Of a DNA stretch of 64,000 bases, positions 32,260 through 41,365 are shown piece after piece (position 1 is the first letter of the stretch; the number at the start of each line of letters is the position of its first letter). The stretch lies in IMG/VR virus record IMGVR_UViG_3300025834_000005; one strand, given 5' to 3'. Below the pieces are notes generated by a model. It made no database searches, was not told where the DNA came from, and saw nothing but the letters and a program-made list of their open reading frames with translations. Made by a program: the position numbers and the translations under genes. The DNA comes from a virus.

Positions 32260-35255
32260 TTTTTTAATTTATTATCGAGAGGCGTATTTATTTTTGATGA
32301 CGCAACTAACTGACCATTCTTACTCACCATAGGTTTTATACTATATTGATCATGTTCAACTTGCGACGGTTTTATGTAAATATCCTTATTAGTAAAGGTT
32401 GAATTAGCATAATAGTTCATCGACAATGCATTCTGTAGAATGTCAATAGGGCCTTTGAGTGACTGACCACCAATAATCTTTATCTGTAAAGTTACATTAC
32501 ACATAAGATACTGCATACCAAACCCTTCAGGATTCATATCCCAAGGCATTTCATTATAATCAATAGTTAAAGTTTCTGGAACTATCTTACTATGAATAAA
32601 ATCACCAAGTCTTAGAATCAATATAGGTTGCTTACCAAATATTGAATTCTTTATATCATTACCAGTTGTTGTTTTCTGTGGCATACCCTGTCTCATACAT
32701 TGCTGTAAAAACGTTAAGCGTCTATGAAAATCTTCTGGAGTTTGTGAGTGAAAACATGGTTTAAATGCATTCTCGCTTATAGACTTTGTACCGCTAATTA
32801 TCTTTCCATCTGTACTATTTGGAGCCACAACTTTACTATCCGAATATAAATTATTATACCTATCAATATTACCGCCCTTATCCCCAAGTAATTTAACATA
32901 GTAATCCCTTTCGGTAGTTAATACCTTTAGTCTGGCTTCTTCCTCTGGATTCAGTAATTTTTGTGGTCTTGTCGTTATTAAGCCCTTATTTTTAACAATT
33001 GTGATCTTAACACTTCTTTCAGATTTAGCACTTAAACTATTAATGGTTTCTTTTGACACGTTGTTCATGCTTGCAATACCTTTTGGTTTTAAAATAAAAT
33101 CAACAACCACATCAGAACCAAGCAATGCTTTAAGTCTCGCATTAATAAATGTCTTAGCGGCTTCAGTTCTTCTAACGCTTAAATTATAATTATATTCTTT
33201 ACTGTTTTTACCCAGATATAATGCTGTTGAGCTACCTTCGATCTGTATACTATAATATTGTCTGAATACAGGATTTGTAAACGTTTTAATTAAAAAGTCA
33301 TTAAACGGACAACTACCATTAAAGCTATATTGCGGAACATCTATATTTAAATTTGCTTGAGTACCTGAAGTATAATCAATATAAATATTTGAAGTATCAT
33401 AGATATTACTGTTTAAGCCGTTACTATTATCAAGATCATCAATCGTATATAAACCAGATTTAACCTCATAATTTTTCTTATACATCGTATCGAATACTGT
33501 ATCAATATCGCTGGTATTCGGTGAATCATTCATAAATGAAATTAAAAATTCTCCCGACGCATTTAATGTTGGAGCATATTCAGCTGGTTTCTTAAATTTA
33601 TCAATCTCGATCTGTAACTTATTTATCTTTGCCTGATAATCATCCTGTAGAGACACGTTATTATCAAGACTATTATAGCCGAAAGAAAAGAATTCAGATA
33701 TAGCACGATGTTTATCCTTGCCTCTATAACGATTATCGTTTAATTGAGGTGGATAATCGACAAGCAATGTAAAAGTTAATGTACCGCTTCGTTCTGAACC
33801 AGTATATGAATATATAGGCTCATTTCTACCCAGAATTGTGGTTGAATTAAACTTAGATGATGTGGTTTCCATAAATTGGATGTTGTATGGCGGAAACCAC
33901 ATAAGTCTGCCATGATGTGGTTCAGATAATCCGACCTCAGATAATGGAACTTTTGACCCATCATCACAAAGTCCGCTATCTAAAACATTATATGCGAGAT
34001 TCTCTATTGAGAACATTAAATTTCTGTTATTGGTCTTACCATTATCGTCAATAATAGGATGGAATTTAGGTACAACTGTCTTATATATGGTTGAGTTAGG
34101 ATTACCGCCATATATATTATTACCATTATATCTAATAGCTTTAGCAAATCTATTATATTGATTAAGCATGGTATGTTGTCTCATACCTATTGTTGAACCT
34201 ACCAATGAATCGGATGGAGATTCCCATACACCTGAACCGTTATAATGCATGCCATCGCTATTTTTAAATTTAGCATTGGTAATATCAATAACTTGACCTT
34301 CCTTTTTTACTAAATTTATATCGTTCATTAATTCACGAGTATAATCTAACAATCCTGTTTGAACCCCAAATGTTTTAGTATTACTTGATTTATTATCAAT
34401 ATCAATGTTTGAACCCCAAATAAGTGTTGTATCGTTATTGAAGCCATTATCGTCATTTATATTTGAATTGATATCAGTACTATCATTATTATAATGAACT
34501 GATGTATTTCCGAAATTAGTTGGAGATTTGAAATGATTACTTTCTCTATATCCATATTCAACATGATCAGAACTGCTACCTATAGTTATTAAAGGATTCC
34601 AACTATTCGTAGGAGTTATTGGGTTATCCTTATCTTCATATTTAATGAAAAAATCAGCTTTATATAGATTTTTATTCATTGATCTATAAAGCATATTTAA
34701 TTGACCAGAACCAGTATTGGTCATTACAGCATCTAATGAATCATTCAACGATTTCTCTGTTGTGTGTTCAAGATTATGAAACGGACTATTAGTATATGGA
34801 TAAGCACCTGTTATATTATTAACAAAATCTAAAAAATTAGATGATCCTTCTTTTTTTGTGATACTGTAATTAAATTTCTTGGTAAATAATTTTGTGTTTT
34901 TATCACCATCAAATAAATTCATTATGCTTATTTTTGGAATAACCTTTAAAGCTTCTAACGAAGCATTGGCTATAAAATTATAAGATAATTGCTTCCCAAG
35001 CATCGCTAATCCTATTTCAGTTATTGGTGTTTTATTAGACACTAACCTGCCAATAACCGAATTGGATAAATCAAAGGTTGAATAAGGCATTAAAGTGCTA
35101 ACAACACTATCAACTGAATTGATAATCTTTGTTAATTTAGTATCATTATCTAAAGGGTATGGTTGATCAGGAGAATATAGGCTTCTCGTTAATAACTTTT
35201 GTCTCAATTCCTCTGTTGAAGTCAATAATCTTGATTTTATCAAATCATTTTCCAT
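32256..35255 (-). CDS. Large virion (baseplate/tail-associated) protein with an OmpA-like peptidoglycan-binding motif
   Basis: 999 aa, Asn/Ser-rich and beta-rich. Internal SIQIEGSSTALYLGKNSKEYNYNLSVRRTEAAKTFINARL resembles the OmpA_C pattern (i.GhTD..G....N..LS..RA..V). The GTATTTATAT motif lies 14 nt upstream. Confidence 0.45.
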   Translation of the reverse strand: MENDLIKSRLLTSTEELRQKLLTRSLYSPDQPYPLDNDTKLTKIINSVDSVVSTLMPYSTFDLSNSVIGRLVSNKTPITEIGLAMLGKQLSYNFIANASLEALKVIPKISIMNLFDGDKNTKLFTKKFNYSITKKEGSSNFLDFVNNITGAYPYTNSPFHNLEHTTEKSLNDSLDAVMTNTGSGQLNMLYRSMNKNLYKADFFIKYEDKDNPITPTNSWNPLITIGSSSDHVEYGYRESNHFKSPTNFGNTSVHYNNDSTDINSNINDDNGFNNDTTLIWGSNIDIDNKSSNTKTFGVQTGLLDYTRELMNDINLVKKEGQVIDITNAKFKNSDGMHYNGSGVWESPSDSLVGSTIGMRQHTMLNQYNRFAKAIRYNGNNIYGGNPNSTIYKTVVPKFHPIIDDNGKTNNRNLMFSIENLAYNVLDSGLCDDGSKVPLSEVGLSEPHHGRLMWFPPYNIQFMETTSSKFNSTTILGRNEPIYSYTGSERSGTLTFTLLVDYPPQLNDNRYRGKDKHRAISEFFSFGYNSLDNNVSLQDDYQAKINKLQIEIDKFKKPAEYAPTLNASGEFLISFMNDSPNTSDIDTVFDTMYKKNYEVKSGLYTIDDLDNSNGLNSNIYDTSNIYIDYTSGTQANLNIDVPQYSFNGSCPFNDFLIKTFTNPVFRQYYSIQIEGSSTALYLGKNSKEYNYNLSVRRTEAAKTFINARLKALLGSDVVVDFILKPKGIASMNNVSKETINSLSAKSERSVKITIVKNKGLITTRPQKLLNPEEEARLKVLTTERDYYVKLLGDKGGNIDRYNNLYSDSKVVAPNSTDGKIISGTKSISENAFKPCFHSQTPEDFHRRLTFLQQCMRQGMPQKTTTGNDIKNSIFGKQPILILRLGDFIHSKIVPETLTIDYNEMPWDMNPEGFGMQYLMCNVTLQIKIIGGQSLKGPIDILQNALSMNYYANSTFTNKDIYIKPSQVEHDQYSIKPMVSKNGQLVASSKINTPLDNKLKK

Positions 35256-35269
35256 TAATTACATATTTC

Positions 35270-35279
35270 ATATAAATAC
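35270..35279 (-). promoter_or_regulatory. Phage-specific (late-type) promoter motif GTATTTATAT
   Basis: Exact 10-mer, 14 nt upstream of the ATG at 35255 (999-aa structural gene). Confidence 0.6.
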
Positions 35280-35599
35280 TTATTGGAAAAATAATTGAGA
35301 ACCAAACTCTGATATTTGATTTGAAGAATCAAATAAACATAAAACCCCTAACATTTAAATGTTTTTTCTTTATTCGAAGATTAAAGGAAACAAAATTTGG
35401 AAGTTTGTTTTACGGTTGCAAATCTAAAAAGAGGATTTTTTTATTCTTTTGTCTTTAAAAACATATATAAAAGAAGACTCGGCAAAGTTACAAAGAATTT
35501 TTGACATTATTACTATGTTTTTTCTAAAATTTAGATAATTATTTTTCATCAACATAAATTAATCTCTTTAAATCTCTTGCGAAGATACAAATAATAATC

Positions 35600-35607
35600 T
35601 ATATTTG
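35600..35607 (+). promoter_or_regulatory. Host-type -7 promoter box (TATATTTG) for the Bro-N gene
   Basis: cTTGcgaagatacaaataataatcTATATTTGc, which is CTTG N20 TAnnTTTG. It lies 32 nt upstream of the ATG at 35640. Confidence 0.5.
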
Positions 35608-35639
35608 CAACTAATTTTAAAAATAAAACTGTAAATAAT

Positions 35640-36437
35640 ATGAGTGAAAGTGCGTTAATACCAAAAATTATAAATAATAGTGAGTTCGGAATAGACTTTC
35701 GTTATTGGGATAGTAAAAAATTAGGTCAAAGAGTATACTTAGGCACTGAAATAGTTAATTATCTGGGTTATAATAGCGGAACAAAAAATCTCCATAGATA
35801 TGAACTTGAGGAAGGCATTGATATGATTAAGTTAGTAAAAAAGGGTAATGAGGATTTCTTTAAACAACTACACGTATCAAATACGCTTGGTCAAAGAGCA
35901 GGCTCGGTGATACTTATAACTGAGAGTGGTATATTCAAGTTGTTATTAAAATCAAAAAAAGCGTTTGCTAAGAACATGCGTGACTGGATTTGCCGAACTG
36001 TTTTACCTTCAATTAAGGACACTGGTAAATATATTGTAGGCGAGGAAATGATCGCTCCGAATCAATTAACTGAATTAGGGCAATATACCTTCGGCGTAAA
36101 ACAAAAAGAGATTAGTAAAGTAACTAATTATAAAATTAGTATTGGTACTGGCGATTACGCTTCCGAGAATAATAATATACATCTTATAGTTCATGGAAGA
36201 ACTGCTGGACAGTTACGTTCTAAATATCATGAAAATGGTTCTGCTAAGGATATATTAAGAAAACATGAGCCAGCAATTGCATGTACATTGGCATTATTTG
36301 AAAATTTATCTAATAATGATATTGATCGAGATAAAATTATTGATAGCGGAGTTATTAAAATGAGTAAGGAAATATATAATGGTTTTGAAAAATTAGGAAT
36401 ACCTTTATATATTCCAGTCCCAAAAGCATTGAAATAA
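35640..36437 (+). CDS. Bro-N domain protein (BRO / antirepressor-like DNA-binding family)
   Basis: The N-terminus ...FGIDFRYWDSKKLGQRVYLGTEIVNYLGY...ITESGIFKLLLKSKKAFAKNMRDWICRTVLPSIKDTGKY matches the Bro-N signature (F..ir......wF.a.di...LGy...i.E.glY.Li..S....A..F..Wv...VlP.irk.G.Y). It is the lone plus-strand gene among minus-strand structural genes, with its own promoter box and a bidirectional terminator. Confidence 0.8.
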   Translation: MSESALIPKIINNSEFGIDFRYWDSKKLGQRVYLGTEIVNYLGYNSGTKNLHRYELEEGIDMIKLVKKGNEDFFKQLHVSNTLGQRAGSVILITESGIFKLLLKSKKAFAKNMRDWICRTVLPSIKDTGKYIVGEEMIAPNQLTELGQYTFGVKQKEISKVTNYKISIGTGDYASENNNIHLIVHGRTAGQLRSKYHENGSAKDILRKHEPAIACTLALFENLSNNDIDRDKIIDSGVIKMSKEIYNGFEKLGIPLYIPVPKALK

Positions 36438-36439
36438 TG

Positions 36440-36471
36440 AAAAAGCCAGTAAAACTAATTACTGGCTTTTT
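36440..36471. terminator. Bidirectional intrinsic terminator
   Basis: AAAAAGCCAGT-aaaactaatt-ACTGGCTTTTT lies between the convergent Bro-N gene (+) and the last fibre-operon gene (-). A/T runs flank both sides. Confidence 0.75.
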
Positions 36472-36476
36472 CATTA

Positions 36477-36944
36477 TTAGATGGAGTTTATAGATATGTT
36501 TATAGTAGTACCTGAATCAGTTACAGGTATTGATAAATAATTAGTCATACCATATGATGTGACATTAGTGGTGCTATATAGTGCACCATTAATATCTAAG
36601 TCTAATTTTAATGATACGCCTGATGGTAGAGTACCTCCAACGCTATCTAAAATAATACTTAATGTACCTGATGGCGTGCCAGAAGTAATTCCAATAGCAT
36701 TAAAAGCAACTGGATAACTAAATGTTGGTAATCCAGAAACTCCGCTCATAGACGCAAATCTCATACCATATGATGGTAATAGTTCAAAATTACCTAAAGG
36801 TAATGAACATGCTGATTCATCGTATACTGGTGCAACATAGTCAGGATCATCAACAGAATTTAATTTTGTGATTCCTGTTGATGTATTATCATCAGTATAA
36901 TATTCCTCTAACGTACTCCAAGCTTTATATCCTGTGTTTGGCAT
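36477..36944 (-). CDS. Hypothetical tail-fibre-associated protein
   Basis: 155 aa, Ser/Thr/Gly-rich and beta-rich. Last gene of the fibre operon. Confidence 0.45.
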   Translation of the reverse strand: MPNTGYKAWSTLEEYYTDDNTSTGITKLNSVDDPDYVAPVYDESACSLPLGNFELLPSYGMRFASMSGVSGLPTFSYPVAFNAIGITSGTPSGTLSIILDSVGGTLPSGVSLKLDLDINGALYSTTNVTSYGMTNYLSIPVTDSGTTINISINSI

Positions 36945-36962
36945 AATTTAAATTTTTATTTA

Positions 36963-38624
36963 TTAAGGTATTGGACAACTCATTGTAAATGACCAAACCG
37001 TACCGCCGATAGGAGCATATACTTTTACAGTTGCTGTTGTTGTAGCCGTTGACTTAACGAATGTAGCACTCCCAAGCCCAACGCCTTGTATTATTTCATT
37101 TGGTAAACCTTTTAATGCTAAAGCATCTGTTAATGATTGTTGATTACCTGAATGTCCTCTATATCCAGTGTCTATAACAGGCACTCCATCAAATTCAACA
37201 ATAAATTTATCAGGCACATTTTTAGCATCATATGATAAAGTAACCGTTCCTGTTCCGCTACCCAAATTAATTGTTTTTAAAGATGGGAATGCCGCACCAC
37301 CATTATAATTCGTAGGTGTTCCGCATGGTATTATATTAGGTGCTACAGTTGTTGTGGTTGTTGTTCCAACTGGACAACCTGTTTGCGATGTAGTTGTAAC
37401 AGCAATGTTATTACCAAATGAGGGTTCTTGTGTTACCATAGTCCCAACAGTATAATAAACATCTGTCGCTCCCATAACTCTCTCATTATTAGTGAGAGCT
37501 TGTGTTAAGTAAGGCCCTGTAAAATATGTTTGACCATCCGAAACACATTTAGATAATCCATACCAGTATTGTGTTTGAACAGATTGAACACAGTACTGAT
37601 TAATAGGTCTCCACGCTGTTGTTCTTGTTGACGGCGGTAACTCTCCACAAGCTAAATGTGTAAACTTATAACATGTAGGAGTACCTAACGGATTTCCTAA
37701 AATATATCCTATATCACATGTATATCCTTGATTCATATTTCCTATTAAAACTGGTTGACCCACCTCATCTTTACTACTAAAAATAAGGTTTGATCCCATA
37801 TCAGCATAGCTTGTACAGTTCATAAGATCGGTCTCTGACATGTCGTAAATATCCATACCAACAGCAGCGGCATTTACTGTATTATGACCAATTAATTCTA
37901 TTATATGACTACCAGCTGATAATAAAACTGGATATATATACCATAATCTGAAAGTGCTTTCACTTGCGTTAGGTATTGACCATCCATTAGTTGTAAACAT
38001 AGAATATAATGACGCTGTATCTTGCATTAATATAGATACACCGTCTAATTTAATCTCAGCAATATTATCACACCCAAGTCCAATATAATATTGTTTTTCA
38101 ACAACTGTTGTAAAATATATTGGAAATCCTATATACTGATTATCTAATGTTAATGATGACCAAACAGCATTAACATTCATTATACCATGAACAGTATCTC
38201 CGTTTCCACCACTTATTACAGGATTTACCCAAAACGATCCGCCATTATAATAGTTGAATACTGATCCTGAACCGTTATAATTCCATCCAGCACCGAAAAC
38301 AACTGTACCCGTAGTTCCATATCTTATATTAGAGTTATGAACCAGATTTCTTGGGTCTGTTGGACTTGTTGGCGTGAGATTTTCAGTCTTTTCACATCCA
38401 CCCACAACATAAGTATAGCCAGATGGACATGTTAAACATTGTTGAACATTAATTATTTTCGAACAGCCTAAATTATCTACAATTAGTAAATTTGTAGCAG
38501 CTGTTACACCTATAAATGAATATTGTCCATATGATGAACGAACCTGATCAGGTAAACCACTTCCTTCAAGTGATACCGTCATAGGTAGATTTCCAGTAAC
38601 CAGTTCGTATCTAATTATTCCCAT
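36963..38624 (-). CDS. Putative receptor-binding / carbohydrate-binding tail protein (Cys-rich; PA14-like central region)
   Basis: 553 aa with many Cys. The central ...YYIGLGCDNIAEIKLDGVSILMQD... resembles a PA14/GLEYA-type beta-sandwich. Thr-rich linker TTTTTVAP. Located in the fibre operon. Confidence 0.4.
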   Translation of the reverse strand: MGIIRYELVTGNLPMTVSLEGSGLPDQVRSSYGQYSFIGVTAATNLLIVDNLGCSKIINVQQCLTCPSGYTYVVGGCEKTENLTPTSPTDPRNLVHNSNIRYGTTGTVVFGAGWNYNGSGSVFNYYNGGSFWVNPVISGGNGDTVHGIMNVNAVWSSLTLDNQYIGFPIYFTTVVEKQYYIGLGCDNIAEIKLDGVSILMQDTASLYSMFTTNGWSIPNASESTFRLWYIYPVLLSAGSHIIELIGHNTVNAAAVGMDIYDMSETDLMNCTSYADMGSNLIFSSKDEVGQPVLIGNMNQGYTCDIGYILGNPLGTPTCYKFTHLACGELPPSTRTTAWRPINQYCVQSVQTQYWYGLSKCVSDGQTYFTGPYLTQALTNNERVMGATDVYYTVGTMVTQEPSFGNNIAVTTTSQTGCPVGTTTTTTVAPNIIPCGTPTNYNGGAAFPSLKTINLGSGTGTVTLSYDAKNVPDKFIVEFDGVPVIDTGYRGHSGNQQSLTDALALKGLPNEIIQGVGLGSATFVKSTATTTATVKVYAPIGGTVWSFTMSCPIP

Positions 38625-38635
38625 TATGCTATATA

Positions 38636-38887
38636 TTAATATGTTATCTCTAATACGTCAACAGTAACGTTACATGTTACTGCTGTTGAAGATAGTGATC
38701 CTTTAGTTACCCATTGGCTTCCAGTATATCCAGCTAAAGGTAATGCATCCACCGAAATATAGTATATACAATTATCCTTTGTCATAAATTGACTTGATGT
38801 CGGTAACGATACTAATTGTGTGAATCCGCTACCCTGAGCATCAGTAAATGATACAAATTGATTACCTAATAAATCTCCCCAAGCCAT
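38636..38887 (-). CDS. Hypothetical small tail-fibre-associated protein
   Basis: 83-aa ORF immediately downstream of the fibre gene. Confidence 0.4.
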   Translation of the reverse strand: MAWGDLLGNQFVSFTDAQGSGFTQLVSLPTSSQFMTKDNCIYYISVDALPLAGYTGSQWVTKGSLSSTAVTCNVTVDVLEITY

Positions 38888-38889
38888 AT

Positions 38890-41361
38890 TTAATTATTTA
38901 TAATTTCTTCTAATGCTAATACTCTTTTTTTAAGAATATCTAATTCAGCTTTTTCTTCCTGATGTGCTTTAAAACTTATACCTATCATCGTATAATTATT
39001 TATAGCATTATATTCTTCTCCCATTAAGAAATATTCTCTAACATTTGCTGGGACTTCATCAATAATAAAACCTAAAGTTCTATCTGAATTTGGTCTTGAC
39101 TTATAATGAAAGTCTCTTAATTTAAAACCATCAATAACATCCATAGCTGAGCCGTTCCAATCCTCATTAATATTTTTCATTGATCTTAATGAATTAAAAC
39201 CACCACCAGCGAATGTACCAGAGCCTACAGTATATAAATTACCAGTATCTGATAACGTCATTCTTGATTGAACTGAGCCATTGGTAACTAATTTCCATTC
39301 AAATTTAGCTGCCTCAACACCTACTGTTGGATTTGTTAATACTGCGCCAAAATCACCAGCCATAAATGTTTCAGTTGGGTCTACACTGGCTGATGGAAAT
39401 CTCCATCCCATATTAACACCAAACCCAGCTTCAGGGGTAACCACATCACCATGTAGTAATAATCCTAATTTTGATTGATTAGGTACGCCATTCAATGCGG
39501 TTGCTTGTACTGCGATATTGTCTGACATACCTACAATTCCATAACTAAATGATCCATTTGCTGTGCCAATTATTGCTACACCGCCATTTGATGTAACATC
39601 AAAAGCATAACTTCTAAAGCCAGGACTATTAACTGTTACAGGCCCTGATACAGCACCTCCAATTAATGGCAGATATCGGCTTGCATGATCACCCCAACTG
39701 TATGCCGTTTGACCGTTAGCTATGTTTCCATGATTATATGTTGAATTATGTGTTGACATTATTCCAGCGGCTGTGCCAGCTGACTCACCATTCAATCCAG
39801 CTAATGTATAATTAGGAATATTGAATACACCTGTAGCTTGTGTATATGTTCCAGCACCTGAACTACCTGTTGTTGATAGGCTTATAGCTGCTCTTGTGTC
39901 AGAGTTTGTGTATTGTGTTATGGTACAGTTTATAACGCCAGTTGACGCAACATAATTAATACCAGTCCCAGATGACAAAGAATTTCTTACGTCTGTAGTT
40001 GTAAACTGTGTTATGGTGCAAGCTATAACACCTGTTGATGCAACATAATTAATACCAGCTCCTTGTGATAAAGAATTTCTTGCGTCAGCAGTTGTAAATT
40101 GTGTTATGGTACAGTTGATTACACCTGTTGATGCTACATAGTTAATTCCTGTTCCTGAACTTAATGTATTTCTTGCGTCAGAGTTTGTGTATTGTGTTAT
40201 TGTACAAGCTATAACGCCTGTTGATGATGAATAGCTAATACCAGTTCCTTGTGATAAAGCATTTCTTGCGTCAGTAGTTGTAAATTGTGTTATTGTGCAA
40301 TTGATTACTCCAGTTGACGATACATAATTAATTCCAGTTCCAGATGATAATGAGGCTCTTGCAGCTGTATCTGTATACTGCGTTATTGTACAATTGATTA
40401 CTCCAGTTGATGAAACATAATTAATTCCAGTTCCAGAGCTTAATGCATTTCTTGCTCTTGAGTCGAGATAATATTTATTTGTAGCACCTTCTGATATATT
40501 ATCTGATGTTAATGATACAGCACCCATAAATCCGTTTACTGATGATACAGCATCTGTATTATCTACCTTCTGCCAATTAGTACCATCATAAATTATCCAG
40601 TCGCCAACTTTCCATTCCGAAATACCATTAAATGTTGTTGTTCCTGAAACATTAACAACATAATAATGTCCCTTAGTTCCTACGCCGTTTGTAATTGTAG
40701 GACTATTAGTTGATGCATTCCATACAGTTTGAAATGTGACGCCGCCAAGTAACGCTGTTAATTGATTTTGTACTTTGCCGAATGCCACTAAAATTGAGTC
40801 TGTGGTTGAAATTGATCCGCCTCCAATTGTATTTAATCCTGTTAATAGCTTGCCTGTTACAGCTGATTCTAATAATGTAACATTAATAGATGTTGCACCA
40901 GTTCCAGAAGCTTCTCCAGAAAGTGTTATTGCTTGATTACCAGTTAAATATGTATTAGTGTCTACCGAACCATCGGCTTTTAAAAATTGCGTTGATACCC
41001 CACCAGTTTTAACGATTGATCCGCCTGTTATAGCACCTGTCGCATTAACTGACGCACCTCTTATAGCACCTGTAATCCACATTGTTGCTGATTGAGGTGT
41101 TGCACTTTGATTTTGAATATAATTAGCTGACCCAATTATAGGCGCATATAAACCAGCCATAGAAATCCATGCATTTCGTGCCAAGTTTAAAACATATATA
41201 CTTGAATCAACTTCTAAGCAAGACACTATTTGTCCAGCATATCTTAACGGATTTGTTAAATATGCATTTAATTCACTAACTGTATCAAATATATCGTCAG
41301 GATCAAGTGAATCTGAATATTGTCTTTTTATTTGTAAAGGTAAAATTGTAAATGCTGTCAT
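38890..41361 (-). CDS. Tail fibre protein with six tandem 31-aa repeats and a C-terminal intramolecular chaperone (peptidase S74-like) domain
   Basis: 823 aa. N-terminal ...FLKADGSVDTNTYLT fibre motif. Repeats of (A/V)RN.LS.GTGINYV.STGVI.CTITQ.T... The C-terminus ...GGFNSLRSMKNINEDW...LRDFHYK...LGFIIDEVP...NNYTMIGISFKAHQEEKAELDILKKRVLALEE follows the S74 autochaperone pattern. Confidence 0.8.
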   Translation of the reverse strand: MTAFTILPLQIKRQYSDSLDPDDIFDTVSELNAYLTNPLRYAGQIVSCLEVDSSIYVLNLARNAWISMAGLYAPIIGSANYIQNQSATPQSATMWITGAIRGASVNATGAITGGSIVKTGGVSTQFLKADGSVDTNTYLTGNQAITLSGEASGTGATSINVTLLESAVTGKLLTGLNTIGGGSISTTDSILVAFGKVQNQLTALLGGVTFQTVWNASTNSPTITNGVGTKGHYYVVNVSGTTTFNGISEWKVGDWIIYDGTNWQKVDNTDAVSSVNGFMGAVSLTSDNISEGATNKYYLDSRARNALSSGTGINYVSSTGVINCTITQYTDTAARASLSSGTGINYVSSTGVINCTITQFTTTDARNALSQGTGISYSSSTGVIACTITQYTNSDARNTLSSGTGINYVASTGVINCTITQFTTADARNSLSQGAGINYVASTGVIACTITQFTTTDVRNSLSSGTGINYVASTGVINCTITQYTNSDTRAAISLSTTGSSGAGTYTQATGVFNIPNYTLAGLNGESAGTAAGIMSTHNSTYNHGNIANGQTAYSWGDHASRYLPLIGGAVSGPVTVNSPGFRSYAFDVTSNGGVAIIGTANGSFSYGIVGMSDNIAVQATALNGVPNQSKLGLLLHGDVVTPEAGFGVNMGWRFPSASVDPTETFMAGDFGAVLTNPTVGVEAAKFEWKLVTNGSVQSRMTLSDTGNLYTVGSGTFAGGGFNSLRSMKNINEDWNGSAMDVIDGFKLRDFHYKSRPNSDRTLGFIIDEVPANVREYFLMGEEYNAINNYTMIGISFKAHQEEKAELDILKKRVLALEEIINN
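39898..40455 (-). repeat. Six in-frame tandem repeats of 93 bp (31 aa) inside the tail fibre gene
   Basis: aa 303-488. The six units are:
- ARNALSSGTGINYVSSTGVINCTITQYTDTA
- ARASLSSGTGINYVSSTGVINCTITQFTTTD
- ARNALSQGTGISYSSSTGVIACTITQYTNSD
- ARNTLSSGTGINYVASTGVINCTITQFTTAD
- ARNSLSQGAGINYVASTGVIACTITQFTTTD
- VRNSLSSGTGINYVASTGVINCTITQYTNSD. Confidence 0.9.
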
Positions 41362-41365
41362 ATTT

